A DNA stretch of 64,000 nt from Escherichia coli (lineage in GTDB: Bacteria; Pseudomonadota; Gammaproteobacteria; Enterobacterales; Enterobacteriaceae), in the NCBI RefSeq assembly GCF_041886205.1, contig NZ_CP169029.1; one strand, 5' to 3'. Positions 61,487-64,000 of the stretch are shown here, one piece after another (within the stretch, counting starts at the first letter, position 1; each line of letters begins with the position of its first letter). The translations under genes and the position numbers were made by a program. The notes below the pieces were generated by a model, which was not told the DNA's origin, did no database searches, and was given only the letters and a program-made list of their open reading frames with translations.

Positions 61487-61816
61487 AATTGGACACTCCC
61501 TCGCCTGTCATAATCATGGTAATGTTTAGCTAACGATTTTTAATTATATACTCCACTTGAATCAGAACAAACAAAAATAACAGTATATATAAATTCATTA
61601 AATCAATAGAAAAATGAAAATCATAACATTCAAATATATTTAAATTGAATGATTCGATAGTATGATTAAATATTAATGATATGGTCTACCATATGTGATT
61701 AACACATTTACAGCATAACAAAACCATAGACCGAAGAAATAGCGGGATTTAAATGCAAAAAAAACCGCAAAATTAAAAATCTTGCGGTTCTCTGAACTCA
61801 TTTTCATGAGTGAATC

Positions 61817-61893
61817 TGGCGGAACGGACGGGACTCGAACCCGCGACCCCCTGCGTGACAGGCAGGTATTCTAACCGACTGAACTACCGCTCC
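61817..61893 (-). tRNA. aspV: tRNA-Asp
   Basis: Reverse complement reads GGAGCGGTAGTTCAGTCGGTTAGAATACCTGCCTGTCACGCAGGGGGTCGCGGGTTCGAGTCCCGTCCGTTCCGCCA (GUC anticodon); located next to dnaQ. Confidence 0.92.
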
Positions 61894-62025
61894 GCGTTGT
61901 GTTCCGTTGGGAACGAGGCGAATATTACGGATTGCCTCGTCCTTCGTCAATGGTTTTTCTCATCTTTTGAATCATTTGCTGCAAAAATCGCCCAAGTCGC
62001 TATTTTTATCGCCTTTTACATGTAT

Positions 62026-62757
62026 TTATGCCCGCCAGAGGCAGCTTCCGCCTTTCTTCTGCACCAGATCGAGACGGGCTTCATGTGCTGCAAGCTCGTC
62101 ATCTGTCGCAAAAACAACGCGTAACTTACTTGCCTGACGTACAATGCGCTGAATTGTTGCTTCACCTTGTTGCTGCTGTGTCTCTCCTTCCATCGCAAAA
62201 GCCATCGACGTTTGACCACCGGTCATCGCCAGATAAACTTCCGCAAGGATCTGGGCATCGAGTAATGCCCCGTGCAGCGTTCGTTTACTGTTATCTATTT
62301 CGTAGCGGGCACATAACGCATCGAGGCTGTTGCGTTTACCGGGAAACATTTTCCTCGCCACCGCAAGGCTATCGGTGACCTTACAGAAGGTATTAGTCTT
62401 CGGAATATCGCGCTTAAGCAACGAGAACTCGTAGTCCATAAAGCCGATATCGAACGCTGCGTTATGGATCACCAACTCCGCGCCGCGGATATAGTCCATG
62501 AACTCATCGGCTACTTCGGCAAACGTGGGCTTATCGAGCAAAAATTCATCGGCAATACCATGTACGCCAAAGGCTTCCGGATCCACCAGCCGATCGGGTT
62601 TGAGATAAACATGGAAGTTATTGCCCGTCAGGCGACGGTTCACCACTTCAACGGCCCCAATCTCAATGATCTTGTGGCCTTCATAGTGCGCACCAATCTG
62701 GTTCATACCGGTGGTTTCGGTATCGAGAACGATCTGGCGTGTAATTGCAGTGCTCAT
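62026..62757 (-). CDS. dnaQ: DNA polymerase III epsilon subunit (3'-5' proofreading exonuclease)
   Basis: Product from [20 protein letters not shown]... (Exo I motif DTETTG), 243 aa. Confidence 0.95.
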
Positions 62758-62821
62758 AGCGGTCATTTATGTCAGACTTGTCATTTTACAGTTCGATTCA
62801 ATTACAGGAAGTCTACCAGAG

Positions 62822-63289
62822 ATGCTTAAACAGGTAGAAATTTTCACCGATGGTTCGTGTCTGGGTAATCCTGGACCTGGGGGTTACGGCGCTATTTTAC
62901 GCTATCGCGGACGCGAGAAAACCTTTAGCGCAGGCTACACCCGCACCACCAACAACCGTATGGAGTTGATGGCCGCTATTGTCGCGCTGGAGGCGTTAAA
63001 AGAACATTGCGAAGTCATTTTGAGTACCGACAGCCAGTATGTCCGCCAGGGTATCACCCAGTGGATCCATAACTGGAAAAAACGTGGCTGGAAAACAGCA
63101 GACAAAAAACCAGTAAAAAATGTCGATCTCTGGCAACGTCTTGATGCTGCATTGGGGCAGCATCAAATCAAATGGGAATGGGTTAAAGGCCATGCCGGAC
63201 ACCCGGAAAACGAACGCTGTGATGAACTGGCTCGTGCCGCGGCGATGAATCCCACACTGGAAGATACGGGCTACCAAGTCGAAGTTTAA
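62822..63289 (+). CDS. rnhA: Ribonuclease HI
   Basis: 155 aa [35 protein letters not shown]...; divergent from dnaQ. Confidence 0.95.
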
Positions 63290-64000
63290 GCCTGTGGTTT
63301 ACGACATTGCCGGGTGGCTCCAACCGCCTGGCGAATTCGTGGCTTGTTTTTACTCTGTTTCATCGGATTTAGCGTTAAAGGAATAGTCCGTTTCCGGGCA
63401 ACAATAAGTTGTAAGCAACCAAGCGCAGGAATATGCGCATTCAATAGTTTTCCTCCGTGTTTGTTCCACGGGAGAACGTGGAAACGGCTGGCGTGTAGCA
63501 CTTCAAAATTCAACAAAGAGAGCCAGTCCAGTTGCCGCATCAGAGTAAACATCCGGCTGTTATAGGGCGAGGTTTTTCGCAATACCGGCACAAGTTTGCG
63601 TAATCCCATTAAACTGATGGGATTGAAGCCACTAATCACCAGCCAGCCATCATCAATCAGTACCCGATCGGCTTCACGTAATAAACGATGCGGATCGGTG
63701 CACCACGGCAATGTATGTGCCAGTAGACAAACATCAACGGATTTATCGGCAAAAGGAAGATGAAGTGGATCCGCCTGCACCTGGACGGGCATTCCTTGCG
63801 CAGAAACATTCACTTGATGAGAAACCGCGCACGCTTCGCAATTGATTTCTGCGCTTAAATTGCCAATCTTAAGCAGATGAAAACCATACATTTTAGTGAA
63901 CCACGGGTTGAGCTGGCGCTCCAGCGCCTTGCGATAAAGCTCTCCCCAGGGCAAATCGCCCCAGCGATCAGGAGCCACGACAGTTTGAGGGACTCTTGCC
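63286..64000 (-). CDS. yafS: SAM-dependent methyltransferase YafS (5' end just beyond window)
   Basis: ...[43 protein letters not shown]...; coding continues to the window edge. Confidence 0.85.

Overview
This window reads as an Escherichia coli chromosomal segment (not K-12) running betB'-betA, an IS1-truncated AraC-family gene, a small AT-rich island next to tRNA-Thr (thrW), then a conserved core block: proA-proB, phoE, crl, frsA, gpt, pepD, prfH-rtcB, yafP-dinB, lafU/lfhA remnants, rayT, yafL, yafK, yafJ, gmhA, fadE, ivy, yafV. A ~34 kb genomic island follows, inserted beside tRNA-Asp (aspV), and the window ends with dnaQ, rnhA and yafS'. The island carries a complete gene set for a type VI secretion system (T6SS) in Vibrio cholerae-like gene order, plus divergent hcp-vgrG-rhs and H-repeat transposase remnants. 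Nearly every T6SS gene is broken by frameshifts or in-frame stops, while the flanking core genes are intact, so I read this as a decayed T6SS island. Only tagH, tssJ, a VasI-like gene and a terminal two-ORF pair appear intact. The best candidates for something undescribed are (i) the AT-rich two-gene module between IS1 and thrW (4005-5205) and (ii) the intact Hcp-adjacent ORF pair at 59143-60433. Also notable are an intact rtcB-prfH operon and the absence of the yafNO and dinJ-yafQ toxin-antitoxin pairs that I recall at these positions in K-12. All product calls rest on reading the supplied translations and on recalled family signatures; no database search was run, and coordinates for frameshifted genes are approximate.
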